Source: Eledone cirrhosa (Eukaryota). Taken from it: a DNA stretch of 64,000 nt. The notes beneath the pieces were generated by a model, which saw only the letters and a program-made list of their open reading frames with translations, made no database searches and was not told where the DNA came from. The position numbers and the translations under genes were made by a program. Positions 27,046-42,000 of this stretch are shown piece after piece (the stretch's first letter is position 1; each line of letters starts with the position of its first letter). The stretch is from NCBI GenBank assembly GCA_964016885.1, contig OZ024759.1, positions 21,824,001 to 21,888,000 on the forward strand. The letters are read 5' to 3'.

Positions 27046-27180
27046 TATTCATATATATATATATATATGAAAAGTTTCAGGACCCCACGGCTGAGCTCCG
27101 GCTGCTTCGACAGCTATATACATATATAATAATAGTGAGTATAACCGAAGTTGCAGCTGCGAGCAGCACTTAATGAGACG

Positions 27181-27266
<86 letters not shown>

Positions 27267-27306
27267 TATTAAAATAACAGATTAAATTCAAATTTATTAT
27301 TATTAC

Positions 27307-27338
<32 letters not shown>

Positions 27339-28337
27339 TATATTCTCCAAGATGGCCGACGGAATACGCACATATGCATTGACAAGTTCATTACCATTAT
27401 ATGTGAGTAGGAGGGTCGCCTGAAAAGTTAATAAGCTGACCACGATACTCTCATGGAATGACCAAATGAGATTTATTTTTCAACATGAACCTTTCAGCCG
27501 AACCCCGTATGTGTGTATGTTAATGCATATATATGCGCATTGATAAATTCATTAAAATTCAGTATGTGTGTGTGTACGTGCGGATTCATTGACAAATTCA
27601 TTACAGCTACATATGTATGTTTATGCTAATATATATGTATATGTAAATACGTGTACATTTGTCAACAAACTCAAGTTCATTTATTGCCAAGATGATCTAC
27701 ATAAATCTCTCTTCATATTAATATTTTTTCCAATTCATTTAAATAGTCAAAGAAAGAAGTTTTAAAAAAAGATGGCAAAAGAAAAAACAACGAATTAAAA
27801 AAATGTTTTCCATTACTGCATTCCTGGCCTTTTTCCAATTGATCACGAGACTCCAAATTATTTATCAATTATGGCATAGCAAATTTACAAATATCAATAA
27901 CAACTGATATTTCATCACACCCAGTTCATTTTGCAGCATAACAAATACAATATAAATATATTATTATAACAAAAATATTTCAACAATATATTATTAATAT
28001 TATTATTTTTTTGCAACTCATGTCATATATAATATTTAGGTTAGTTGGTTGCTTTTTATATTATTTTTTTAAACATATTTTTTGCAGCAAGCTATTCTCA
28101 TTCAAAAAATGAAAAAGGAAAAGAAACAACGAAGAAAACAAATGAAAAGAAACAACAAAGTTTTCTTCGAATTAAAAGGAAAGGAAAGCCCATTTCTATG
28201 AAATGACATGAAAACCAATAACAACAGGTGTGCAGTATGTATGTACTATTCCCTCACATCATTATGTTTAAAATTATCATTTAATTTTATTAGTACCAAG
28301 TACGATGGAGAGTTAATGGGTGTGCAGCATGAACATA

Positions 28338-28543
28338 CGAGGATTAACTGAAAAGTTCATAGGCTAACTATGAAGGAGAGATGCTAGAGCTGTGCAATAT
28401 TGCATGCATTAATTTCAATTCTTCTTATTAATAACTGCAATGTTTCGTTCCAGGGGCTATGTTAGAAAATAAGCCTCATTTGGTCTGCCTATAAACTTTG
28501 GTCAGTATCTTGGTTAGCTTATGAACTTTTCAGCTGACCCTCA
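28338..28543. mobile_element. Mariner-like MITE; related fragments at ~27410-27485 and ~52490-52830
   Basis: cgaggattaactgaaaagttcataggct ... agcttatgaacttttcagctgaccctca terminal inverted repeats. Confidence 0.7.
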
Positions 28544-29097
28544 TCCATGAATGTTTAGGTATGTTTATGTTGGTACATGCAAACATAAACTGATACATAG
28601 AATTGTGATCACAGTCTTGAAGTCATTTGCAACTTTTTAAATACATTCTTTTCAGCTGACCCTCATATAATATTTCCTCTCGTTGCTATATATGAAATTA
28701 TTATTTAACTTTATTAGTACCAAATATATACTGACAATGGAGAGTTAGAGCAAAAGACATGCACAATGCGATATAGCAAACAATAAGAAACTAGTTGGCA
28801 TCCAAACCAAAATTCGGGGGACTTTAAGCTTGGTAAAAGGGGTGAAAAAATCAATGGTTTGAAAATATTTTAATAAATATTCTTTATTTTTAATTTAAAA
28901 ATAACAAACAAACATAACGAATTAACAATAGGTGTTTGCAAATATAATACAGAAACACATATATCCAAGGTTAATTTGCATCCCTCGAATTTTGTATTTT
29001 GGCATAATTTTGGTTAGTTTTCTTGATTTGAGCACCCATCATTCATATATACATTACTTTTCTCTCACGCCACAGTATTTTTATTATTATTAATATT

Positions 29098-29148
<51 letters not shown>

Positions 29149-29211
29149 CTATATTATATTATATCTATAAAATATTTATATATAATATAATATATGTATA
29201 TATATAATATA

Positions 29212-29563
29212 ATATTGTTATACTTTGGGAGGGTCATGTTGCCAATAAGAAACACACGCACCAGTTGCTTTCACTCCAATTTATTATAAATTTAAAAAAA
29301 AAAATTTATAAATTTCCGGTTGGTTGGTTCCACAACCAGACGGTTGTTCATATATTGTTAAAGTTCTGGAACCAACCAACCTACCAACCGGAAATTTATA
29401 AATTTTTTGTTTTAAATTTATAATTTAATTTATAATAAATTGGAGTGAAAGCAACTGATGCTTGTGTTTCTTATTGGCAACATGACCCTCCCAAAGTATA
29501 ACAATATCGGTTTCAACACACGTTTTCAGATAAAGAATCTTGCTAAACAAATTCAGAAACGAA
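29212..29563. mobile_element. Long foldback element (hairpin 29212-29507, tail to 29563)
   Basis: Inverted arms >100 bp starting atattgttatactttgggagggtcatgttgccaataagaaacac. A shorter family member lies at 42766-42897. Confidence 0.8.
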
Positions 29564-29584
29564 ATATAATATAATATATGTATG

Positions 29585-29674
<90 letters not shown>

Positions 29675-29981
29675 ATATATGTTATATAATATATATATTA
29701 TAATATATATATGATATATATATATATATATATATAATATAATATAATATAATATAATATAATATAATATAGTATATATATATATATAATAAATTATAAA
29801 ATATATATATATATATATATAATTGTGTGTATTAAAAATGTTAATGGTAAGAAAAAGTATTAAACAAAATCACATTAAAAAATGCATGCAAGCGGTACAT
29901 GCGGGTTAGTGTTCGGTAGACACGAAAGGGAAGGAGCAGATAGTTAGAACAGTGGTTAAGGTAATCGGCTGAGTAGCTGGC

Positions 29982-31993
29982 TCACACTTGGCTACACAAC
30001 CGACCATGTTCTGACTCACATGATGACGTAGCGTGCAATGACGTCATCCAGGTATTAGCAGAATTACGACGAAGAACTTCAGCGTTTTTTGCAACGAAAT
30101 AAACCGTTCTTGGTAAGGACTTACTGTTGGCATCATTGGGCACAATATCAGGTCTGTTGAGGTGACCATTCTGTAGAGGCATGACGTCATTGGCCGGAGA
30201 TGTAGACGCGTGTCGAAATTTTTCCGAAGAATAAGGATATTTAAAAGTACTAAAGTTTTTCTTGTCCTTCTCCAATAAGGAGATCTTTTCCGACTTACGA
30301 ACGGAAGCAGCACTATTATCAGTCGGCTGTACTACAGCACCATTAAGCTTGCTCTTATATACTTCGTTGTTATTGTTATTTGTAGATGCGTTGCGTTTAT
30401 TGGTATTAGCATTGTTTGTTTTATTGTTTGATGAACGGTCAACTTTTTGCTGATTGTCATTAGCAGGTCCGTTTAAGTGGACATTTTCTTCCTCTTGGAC
30501 GACATGCAAATGACTATCAGATATTGGAGATAAAGAATTTCGATTGAAATATTGGTCGCATTTGTTCCGTAAATCCATTTTATAGTCATGAGATAGGCTG
30601 CCATCTCTAGATTCCTGAGGTTTATGTTCAATGACTGACGTTGGAGAGTTTTTACTTTCTAAAGATTTCTCATACTCTTTTGTAATCTGACTCCAGTCCA
30701 TGGACGGGCTGTGCACCTCTGCAGAAATATTGTGGGATGTGTCGCTAGCAGAACTTCCTTCACCCAAACTCTGATTGCTTCCATGGTTTCCATGGTTTCT
30801 CATACAAGAATCGTTTTCCGAAGCGGCGACATTAGCTTCAAGACGGTCAACTACGTCTTGGATCATGTCAATATTTCTCTGTGAGTCTCCGTCTTCAGAA
30901 ACACTCACAGAGTTTACTGACTCATCAAATGTCACACGAGCCATTCCAGCTTTTCGTGATTTGTTCATCTTACGTACCAAAACACTATTTGGAAGAGTCG
31001 ATTCTTGTTCATCTCGGGGGTGTTCAGCAATGGGCGGTAACTGAGATAAGGTTTCTTCTTCAATAGTACCGACTGTATCGGTGTCACAGCAGTCACTGTT
31101 GGTTGACATGCTCGGCACAGAGCCATGGTGCCGTCTCCTTTTGCGACGGTGTAACTCGGCTAGCTCAATTTGATCGAAACTTGGGTTACGTACAATATGG
31201 TCACTCGGAACCATGAAGACTGGGTGACCTGCAGACACGTAGTCCAGGATTCTGAAGCGCCAACTTTGTTTCAGAGTCAACACCGACCACAGTGCTACCC
31301 ATAGAACCATATATGTTACGTCAATGATGGCACATATTAACACAAACCTACTATGTGTCATTCTATACACATTGATTAAATCATAGATAATGGGTCCTTT
31401 ACATAGCGCCAGAAATACTAAGCTGACCATTGCACACGAGTGTGGAATGTAACCCTGGCATGTGGTGCGGTTGATTGGGAAATAGTCCTTTCCGAAGGCA
31501 GGGTGATGGCGCTGAAGCACAAGGCGGAATTTTTCCTCGAAGAAATGAAGGCCATATTCAAAAATAGTAATGGTTGATATAATCAAGAAAAACCCTCCCA
31601 CAAGATAAAGTGCTAACACAGCCTGTGAAGGAAGCAGTAGAGGTATATCAGGGTAGGCCCACCTGTTGAAGGCGACTTTGTAGAGAATGGTCATACCACA
31701 GAAAGTAAACAGAGAGTGAACTGTGAGCCAAAAGAGCTGTAATGCAAATATACAGCTAAGTACTTTGTTAGTGTACCAGAAAATGGCCGAATATCTGGTA
31801 GAGAAGGCAAAGAAAGCAGTTGTGAAGTAACAAAAGTTTAGTGATACTGGTTGTTCTGGTAAAATTAAAACATGGCTCCCGACGAATTGTGTAATGTTCG
31901 GAAACGAAGATAAGTTTGTTTCAGAACGTGGGATGCTAGAATAAATTTTTCTTGGATGAAACAGAAAATCTAGATCCGTTGTCCAAATGGCAT
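29982..31993 (-). CDS. tinc: Terminal coding exon of a tincar-like multipass transmembrane protein
   Basis: Open frame of ~670 codons with normal composition. Motifs IWTTDLDF, RYSAIFWYTNKVLSCIFALQ, TILYK, HSCAMVSLVFLALCKGPIIYDL and LWSVLTLKQSWRF align, from memory, with Drosophila Tincar. Several hydrophobic helices precede a long S/N-rich tail. Splice acceptor ttttcag|AT at 31996/31993; stop TGA at 29982-29984. The TTG start in the ORF track is intronic. Confidence 0.8.
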
Positions 31994-32076
31994 CTGAAAA
32001 TATATAAAGAGGAATCAATGTATTAAATTATTTTGATTTTGGTGTCATATATATAAATATATACACAACACACACG

Positions 32077-32132
<56 letters not shown>

Positions 32133-32145
32133 TATCACACAGATC

Positions 32146-32218
<73 letters not shown>

Positions 32219-32247
32219 TTAAATACACACATATATATATAAAGTAT

Positions 32248-32320
<73 letters not shown>

Positions 32321-32689
32321 GTTTACCGAATTCGCAGACCAGACCCCTTCTTCCTCCCGTTAGACCTGTGCGAAATTCCTTCCTTGCTCACATTTCAACC
32401 AGGTTTGATGGTCTTTATTCTCTCGTTCACGATTTCACCGAACTTAAATTCATAGAAATCTGGGACTTGTTTCCTCCTTCCTCACTTTCTGTTGCCTCAC
32501 CATTTTGTTTGTTTACCCTCGCGTCCCCTTTATTTACATGTCCCAACGACTTTTTTTAGCCGTTGCTCGCACCAACCGGAGGTATATGGTCTTTAAAGCG
32601 ATGAAATACCTATGATAGTTGGAAGATCACTGATGAAGGACAAACTTTTTTCATATGTAACCCATTTGCAACTCCGCAGCGCCCTTATT

Positions 32690-32726
<37 letters not shown>

Positions 32727-32813
32727 CATTGAACTGAGCTGCCTTTGGAATATTACAGATCTCTCTATTAGGAGATGTATCCTATCTTTCTTTTTTTAGT
32801 GGCATATATAACT

Positions 32814-32872
32814 GTATTTCTGATGATCTAATTGGCATTTATATTTCTGAAGTTAGTGAAACACGTAAAATG
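32814..32872 (+). ncRNA. Hammerhead-like motif
   Basis: tattt-CTGATGA-tctaatt...agttagt-GAAA-cacg-TA-aaatg. Confidence 0.5.
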
Positions 32873-33176
32873 AAATGAATTTGCCACACATTTATCCTTA
32901 GTTCAATATTGTATTAAACTATATAATATATGATCTGAGAAAGTGGCCTTCATTCAATTAATTGGATTATACCTCGGCTGTATATGCTCTTTTTAATCGC
33001 TTTAAATCCTCGTTATATCGTAAGTTGATTTCTCAACCTGTCGGTCTTGTTTATATATATATATATATATATATAGTAATAATAATAAATTTGAAGACTA
33101 AAATCCAAATAAGGATAAATATATATCAAATATATAAGAACCGTAGAGCAAATATATATATAATATTATATATATA

Positions 33177-33243
<67 letters not shown>

Positions 33244-34652
33244 TAGTCATATATATTAATTATATATACATTTATTATATATATAAACATATGTATAAAT
33301 ATAATTAATATATATATATATATATGCTTAGTATATATATTCCACTTTAACTCTTGCGTGACAATATTACTAATGAAGTACATCGGATTTCAATTAACAA
33401 AGAATTTGGAGGATTTACTTAACATTCTTCATTACTCCCTTATTAAATATTAGACATTAGACACGGTATTCAATGGATAAACCAATATGGCAAGATTGAA
33501 CATAAATTCCATCCAACTTAGTTTAACTTTACTATAATGTTTTAAATCAATATTATAACAACTGTATCGCACTTTCGTCCGTCTGTCACACGAACTTTAT
33601 GATCTGTCAAAAACCACCTAAGATTTATGGAATACAATTTTAAGTTAAAAAAATGGAAAGGGACACACAAACAGTGTGAGGTGTAACAAAAGCAACAGCA
33701 ATAACAACAACAACCACAATAACATAAATTATGTATAATTCTTTGAAAGATATGCCAGAGTCTGTCACTGTAATAGTTGCTAAAGATCAGAGCTCATTCA
33801 GCAATGCAACCTATATTTAATTAGTTTTCATTTAAATTCTAGGGTTGTCTTCCCCTGACATCTTTGATAAGAATTAGTCATTCATCATCAAGACTGGTTT
33901 TAATTAAATTTAATTAAACGGTTCTAGTCTCATTACTGCAAACGCATAAACATCCTCTTCACTAATACGAATCACTGTCACATAAAGACTGAATGTTGTA
34001 GTGTATTTAGTCTTATGTGTGCTCGTCTTCTTCGCTCTCCATACATATATTACTATTACTATCATTATAAAAGGAACATCAGGGTGGAGAGGGAAGTGCT
34101 GCTTCCCAGCCAGTTTAAAATAGTCTTCTAATATAATAGACACACACACGTGTGTATGTGTGTGTGTGTGTGTGTCTGTATGTGTGGGCGTGTGTGCGTG
34201 CGTGTCTGTGTGTCTGTGTGTGTGTCTGTGTCTGTGTATGTAAAAGTAATAACAAAAATAACAAAACAAATGAAGAAATATATTAGTTTAACGCTTGAAA
34301 TAGCAGGACAAGAGTCTTAACGTTAGCAAGACCATTATTATAATGTCTATATATTATATTATGTACTGGGTAATTGCTGGCCTTGTGCCAAAAGTAGAAA
34401 CAATTATATTATATGTGAGTGTGTGTGTCTATTATATTAGAAGATTATTTTAATACTGCACAGCTGTGATAATGGCGTGTCTTCAGAATAGATAAATATT
34501 TACACAGTTGCATCATTCTATTTTAAGAAAGTCCATTCAGTTTCGTTTCAACAAAGCACCTAGAGATCTCAATTCTGATGTTCAGCTCCATATAGTTTGA
34601 AAACATTTTTCTGATTAAATTAATATATATACATGTCTGTGTATATATGAAA

Positions 34653-34703
<51 letters not shown>

Positions 34704-34903
34704 GGGGGGCGTGTGTAGAAGGGCGGGGGCGGGGGGCGGGTGTAGAAGGACGGGGGGCGTGTGTATGTATAGAAAGAAAGTGCTCAAGCGCATAAATGCT
34801 ATAAAGATATATTTCCTTATTTGCCACAAGGGTGAAGACCCTTAAAAGATGAATATATATATATATATTTAGGAAATATATATGTATATATATATATATT
34901 TAG

Positions 34904-35987
34904 GAACGCCTTTGATTCTGTGGACTGTCAGTGCTTGATGAAGATCTTACAGGCTTATGGAATCCCCAAGAAGATAGCGGACGTTATATAACTGCTCTAC
35001 AACAACACCAAACCTCAAGTCATTACACCTGATGGGATGACAGAGTTCTTTGAGATACTGGCTGGAGTGCTCCAGGGAGATACATTGGCTCCCTACCTTT
35101 TTATCATCGTAGTGGACTATTGCATGCGCCTTGCACTGGAGAAACCCCAGGACTCTGGCTTTACTGTAGCACCGGTTCAGAGCAGGAGAGTTAAGGCGAA
35201 AAAGGTATCAGATGCTGAATTTGCCGACGACATAGTTTTTGTGACAAATACAGTGAAGGAGGTAGAAGATTTGATGCAGGAGGTTGAGACTGTGTTGATG
35301 AGTGTGGGGCTGAGAATGAATGAGACTAAAACAAAATATCTGGTAGAGAATGTTGAAAAGCCAGAGGGGATCACTAATGTAGGCGGGAAGCCGCTAGAAT
35401 TGGTTGAGGACTTCCTGTATTTGGGAGCAAAGATTGGGAATACGGAAGATGATGGGGTTGAGAGGAAGAGCAAAGCCTGGGCGGCGTGCCACAGCTTCAG
35501 ATGGGTGTGGAAGTCCGCCTCATCATTGCTGTAGTGGAGTCTGAAAACCCGCCTCTTCATTGCTGTAGTGGAGTCTGTGCTGCTGTACGGGTATGAGACT
35601 TGGACACTGACCAAGAAACTCACTCAGATGGTGGATGGGTGCTACACGAGAATGCTGAGGATGGCTCTGAACATTAATCAGTATACACTGAGGATGAAAA
35701 ACTCAGAGCTGTATGGGAGCATCCCAAAGGTCAGCTCAATAGTGACACAGAGGAGACTGAGATTAGCTGGACATGCTCACCTACATCCAGAGTTGACATT
35801 GCACTCAGTGCCCCTGTGGGAGCCCCTACATGGACACACTGGAAGAGGAAGACCAAGGTTAACGTATGTTGATACCCTAAGGACAGACACTGGTCTGTTG
35901 GAGACACAGGACATGGCAGCGATAATGAGGGACAGAGACTGCTGGAGAGAACTCGTCCATGGATCTCGGGAATTTTACCCGCCCTAG
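34904..35987 (+). pseudogene. 5'-truncated RTE/RTEX-clade LINE reverse transcriptase fragment
   Basis: AFDSV...KILQAYGIP...GVLQGDTLAPYLFII...FADDI...F.YLG...ESVLLYGYETWTLTK...RLRLAGH...GRPRLTY. In-frame stops near 34989 and at 35532. The ORF end runs directly into (TA)n. Confidence 0.92.
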
Positions 35988-35992
35988 ATATA

Positions 35993-36098
<106 letters not shown>

Positions 36099-36649
36099 TG
36101 TATATATATATATGTCTGTGTGTGCGTGTGCTGTGCCCCAGCATGACCGCAGTCTAATGATTGAAGCCAGCAAACAAATATATAAAAGAAATCATATAGG
36201 TGTAGGTGTTAATAAGAGCAAAGTTGAAATGGTAGAAGTTGAAGATATGATGCTGAAGTGAAGTAGATGGAGTAGTGAGATATATAATTACTTTTAACTG
36301 GAGATTGAAGTTTTATTCTGATTGGATGCCATTGCATGATGAAATAACTTGACTGGATGGGAAGGTAGAATAAATAACCTACACTACATATAACTACAAC
36401 AACAACACTAACAACTATAATAAAAACTACAACAATTATAACAGCAACAACAACTATAAGACCAACAACATGAATGCTAACAACTATAATAGCAATAACA
36501 ACAACAACAACTATAACAGCAACAATAGCATCAATATTTAACAACTATAACATCTACAACCTCTACAACAACTACAACAATAACTTTAACATCAACACCA
36601 TAACACCAACAACAAGGGTGAGAGGGGGAGAGAGGGAGAGTGAAGAGAA

Positions 36650-36970
36650 TTGACGCCAGTACTCGACTGGTGATTTATTTATATTTATCGACACCTCCCA
36701 CTACCACCACCACCACCACCATCACCACGACAAGATGAAAGACAAAGTTGGTCCCGGCTGGGATTTGAACTCTAAGCGCAGAGACCCACAACAAAGTTAA
36801 AGTTGGCCTTGGTTGGGGTTCGAACTCAGAAGGCAGAGAGCTGCAACCAAGTCAAAGCTGGCCTCGGCTGGAGTTTCAACAAGGTCAAAGTTAGCCTCGG
36901 TTGAGATTTGTACTTAGGGTGCAGAGAACCGGAAAGAATATCGCTAAATATTCCATCCGACGCCCACACC
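36650..36970 (-). mobile_element. SINE with internal tandem duplications of the B-box region
   Basis: Repeated aaagttggcctcggctggga(t/g)ttgaactc segments. Confidence 0.6.
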
Positions 36971-37599
36971 GAAATACCAAATTACGCCCACATAACTGGG
37001 TCAGAGCAGCCCAGTAAAATATGGGTCAAACATATGGAATAGATAATATTAAATAGAGATGATGCTAGCAGCACCGGTCTCTTACAGAAGCTTTTGTTGG
37101 AAAACAGAATATTTACGTCCTGATTAATTTCTTAGGAAAATAAGTACTGCAATAACTCATTTCTACAAAACTGCCTGAAACTGCTCTTGGTTTTATGATA
37201 CAAAGCTGTTTACTTTAAAATGCTTATATTTATCTGGAAAACATCTTCCATCATAATTTTATGTACGAACCTTTGTTAAGTTATGTTACAAACACTAGCT
37301 GAATAATAAGTTAATTATATTACTCAATTCCTCAAAATGTCCTTATTATATTAAAAATTAATTGAAAACACTAAGCAGTGTTTTCATTTAAAATATGGTG
37401 AGGGAAGGGTTAAAAGAGAATGTTAGACCAACAGAGGTTTCTCTCAAGAACTTTACGATGAAGGTTAAATAATGCGGCATTGTTTTCACCTCAATGGTGA
37501 ACTTAGACTTCAGAGGTCAACTTGACCTCGTAGCATTTTGCTTAAGTTTACAAAACTAATATGTGAAAATTATAAATATATGAACAATTATTATTATTA

Positions 37600-37885
37600 T
37601 TGGCAGTATCGGCAGAGGGTCGGACGCCATGCTTTGCAACATAGAGTTACGGCCCTTTACGGTCTGAATTCAAATCCCGTCGAGGTTAACTTTGCCTTTC
37701 ATCCTTACGGGGTCTATAAAATAAAGTACCAGTAATATACTGGGATAATTGATGGCCTTGTGCCAAAAGTAGAAACAATTATTATTAATCCCGTCGAGGT
37801 TAACTTTGCCTTTCGTCTTTACGGGGTCGATAAAGCAAAGCACCAGTAATGTACTGAGGTAATTGCTGACATTGTGCCAAAAGTA
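37600..37885 (+). mobile_element. SINE with duplicated 3' half
   Basis: tggcagtatcggcagagggtcggacgcc head. aatcccgtcgaggttaactttgcc...ccaaaagta occurs twice. Confidence 0.8.
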
Positions 37886-39599
37886 CATACAGAAATACTT
37901 CAGTACTAAGACGTGAGGCGAAAGTAATCATAAATCACTGTCAAAATCCATAAATCCGCCATTGTTGTATTTATAGTCAAAGAAGGACAAAAGACATCAT
38001 GCCTGTTGTTTCGATGTCATGCTTCCATAAGCACACCTTCTCTCATGTCAAAGAATTCATGCCGACGCCTGCACCACCTGCCTTCTGAAGTTTGAATATA
38101 TTTCAGTTTTAAAATTGACGCCAGACGTTTATAACGATGGACGATGGACGGTTTCTAGTGCTAAGATAGAGGATAGTCACAGTCGGGTTGTTGAGTGTGT
38201 GTGCATGTATATATATATATGTATATATATGTGTGTGTGTGTGTGTAGATATATACGTATATACAACATACATATATATTTATATACGTGTACGTGTGTG
38301 TGCATACATATATGTATTTAAACATATATCTATATCTATATATATATGTATATATGTATATATATATATATATATTGTTTCTACTTTTGGCACAAGGCCA
38401 GCAATTATCCCAGTACATTACTGGCACTTTATTTTATCGACCCCGTAAGGATGAAAGGCAAAGTTAACCTCGACGGGATTTGAACTCATATACATATATG
38501 TGTGTGTGTGTAATTTTACACATATATACATATAAATATGTATATATGTATATATATTTGTGTGTGTGTATATATATATACACGTGTGTGTGTGCGTATA
38601 TAATTTTGACGTTGCAGTTAATTACTTCTTGAATTAATTATAGCAATGAACCAATATAAGATTACATTATACTACTAATTGTTGTAATTATTTTACTTGA
38701 TTAAGAACAAGCACTAAAGTTTTCTGTGTGTGTGTGTGGAACTGTATGTGTGAGTCAGTGTATTTGTTTTATGCGTGTGTGCATATATGTGTGCGTGTGT
38801 GCATTTGTCTGTGTTTGTATGCATGTGTGTGTGTTTGTATACATATGTGTGTGTCCGCCCGTCCGTCTGTTTAAGACTTATTTTCTCAATTCCTCTGGTT
38901 ATATAAAACGATATAAGCTGTTTTGTTTGAAGTGAAATTGTATAACTTCAAATTATATAACTTAGGGATTTATTCCAAAGTTTTACCACAGGTGACATTG
39001 AACCCCTATTAACAGTGGTTCCTTGTTGATATATTCTTTTATCTTTGGACACGGCATGGCTACATGATTAAGGAGTTCACTTCGCAATGACTAGGCGCCG
39101 CGTTCAATCCCACAGTCTGGCGGCATTTCGATACTGTGTCGTTTATCATAATCTCGGATTAACCCAAGCCTCGCGACTGAAATTGGACAGCCGGCAACCA
39201 TTAAGAAGCCCGTCGGATGGACTACATCTGTAATTCAAAAGGTCAGCCTTGTCACACGCTAACTCACACTGAATCTCCCTGAGAACTACCTTAATATTAC
39301 ACATGTCTGTGGAATGCTGAACCACCAGCATAGAAATTTACGAGGTTTTTTATTTTTATTTATTTATTTATTTTTGTTCCGTTGATCGAACAACTAGAAC
39401 ACTCCTTGTCGAAACCAGCGAAAAACCTTTCCATTCCAATCCTTTCCTGAACGATCTATATGCAATGAACTTGAAACGATTGCAAGTTTCAGTTCTGAAA
39501 CTTGCTCTCGTTTTTCCATTCATCTAGATGGAGTTTGCCGTGTTTCGTCTTGTGATTTTTAAAGAGACAGATCTTAAAATCTAAATAAACGTGAACACT

Positions 39600-40130
39600 A
39601 TTGTTCATGCCTTTCCCAATACTCCCCGGATCCTAAAACTTGTTACCAGACACACAATGCAAACTGTGACAGTCATGCCTTTCCCAGGCTAACGTTTGTC
39701 TCGAATACGGAGGCTCAGCGGACCGGTGCTTAACTCGGTTTCCGTGGCGTGAAGCGACTTATGGTACAAGACTCCCCACCACCAGCTGGCACTCATATTC
39801 AGCTGAGCATACTGGAGCAACGTGAAATGAAGTGTCTTTCTCAAGAACACAACACATGAGCCAATCGAGGAAGCATTATGATTGTAAGTCGAACACCTTT
39901 ACCACTAGGCCATGCGCCTCCACTTCCCCTCGAAAGTTCCTAAATCTTGTTACCTGGCACTCAGTGGAAACTGTGACATTCATGCATTTCCCAATACTGA
40001 GAGGTCCCTAAAAGTTGTTACCAGACATTCAGTGGAAGCTGAGACATTCATGCCTTTCCCAATACTGGAAAGTTCCTAAAACTTGTTACCAGACAGTGGA
40101 AGCTGTGACATTCATGCCTTTCTCAATACT
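39600..40130 (+). repeat. ~65-bp minisatellite interrupted by a minus-strand SINE (~39710-39925)
   Basis: Unit cattcatgcctttcccaatact...cctaaaacttgttaccagaca...gtggaagctgtga on both sides of the SINE. Confidence 0.75.
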
Positions 40131-40837
40131 CTGACACACACCAAAAGACAGACATGTTAATGAACTACGGTATCTCATATAAATGATCTAAACGCAGCAA
40201 TTGCCATATTATTTTAGTTTTTTCTATCAATGTAGCAGCCATAATATGCAATGCTTTCGTTCAATTCCTATTTCTGATGTCCTCAATTAAACACGGACAT
40301 CTAAATACCACTTTACATGGGAGTAATTCATGCAATTTATTTAAATTAATCACACTACGAATTAACTATATAGTTTCCTTTCTTCCTTCCTTTCTTTTTT
40401 ATTTTTTTTTTCTCATTAAAAGCGTTTTGTATTGGAAGCCACGCTATTTCTTCTATTTCAAAGAAGAAACGACAGATAGCTAACGTTACAGCAATTCTAT
40501 TATATGAAAGTAAGAGACAGGACAGGGAGTTGACCTGAAGGCAAGTCATCAGCTTTTGGCTCCAATACATTGACAATTATCGTGTTAGCATGAACTGCTG
40601 TCGTATTATTCACTGACAGTAGCCTATTTATAGAGAAACCTTCACAAACCTCGAATCAGTCACGAAAGATTCTCAATTTAGTGATATTAAATTTCGCATA
40701 AATGTGTTGCATTTAATAGCAGAAATATAATATCGATTAAACTGCAATAAAAACAAAATTTACATGAGGTTTTATTGTGTACATAGATAAATATTTTATT
40801 GTGTATATCGAACTAGTTAAATGTTTTATATCGTATG

Positions 40838-40874
<37 letters not shown>

Positions 40875-40991
40875 AGCAAACCTCCTTTGCATCTTAGGAC
40901 TTGGTAGTTATTTCTATAATGTAAATTGTAACAAAGAGAAGGTTGACACACGATTAGAAAAAAGAATAATCAACTGAATACACACACACAC

Positions 40992-41077
<86 letters not shown>

Positions 41078-41116
41078 GTGCGTTTGCAAGGAAAACAAGA
41101 GGCACCTAATGTAATA

Positions 41117-41152
<36 letters not shown>

Positions 41153-41158
41153 TGTATG

Positions 41159-41242
<84 letters not shown>

Positions 41243-41296
41243 TATATATTAGATATACGTACACATCAAAACGAAATTAGTTCATATAGAATAAAG

Positions 41297-41335
<39 letters not shown>

Positions 41336-41937
41336 ATAGCTTTCACCGTATTTTTAACTAAAGGAATTTTAGCTTGATAACGGGGTTTAGAACCCTCAGA
41401 TAAAATGGAAAAAGATGAGTATTGATATATATATATATATACATACATATATTCTTTTATATTTGTGGGTTTGGAGAAATAGTCAGGATTTTATACATAG
41501 TGTTTACGTTATGATTAGCTTCCAAGGTTTGATATTAATTTGTGCTGGTGTTAAATGTATTTTACATGTATTGTTGTTTGTTATATTGAATATATTTCAC
41601 ACATGTGGCTGTGTGTCACGAATGTCCTTTCTAAGATAAGGGACAGAACTGTTTATGTATTTATTGTCGCTTATGTTGTCATGAAAAGGGGATGCAACAG
41701 TGGTTTTGAGGATGAAGGTACTTATGTGTTAGCTAACGTACAACAGTTTGTATTGTATTTAGTTATGAAGTGGATTCCTTATTAATGCGTTGTTGTTCCG
41801 TTGTAGAATAACTACATTGATAGGATGGAAAGTCTTGGAAATATTAATTATATTAAGACATAATAAGCTACAGTTTCTGACGTATATATGCATTGTTGCT
41901 GTCTATTTTCCAAGTAAATAGATGTGATACGCTATAT

Positions 41938-42000
<63 letters not shown>

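Noticed and set aside
31994-32018. N-terminal MIPLYIFS of the 678-aa ORF as the true start
   Set aside because: It begins at TTG and overlaps a pyrimidine-rich tract ending in ttttcag, a splice acceptor. Family similarity starts at DAIW.
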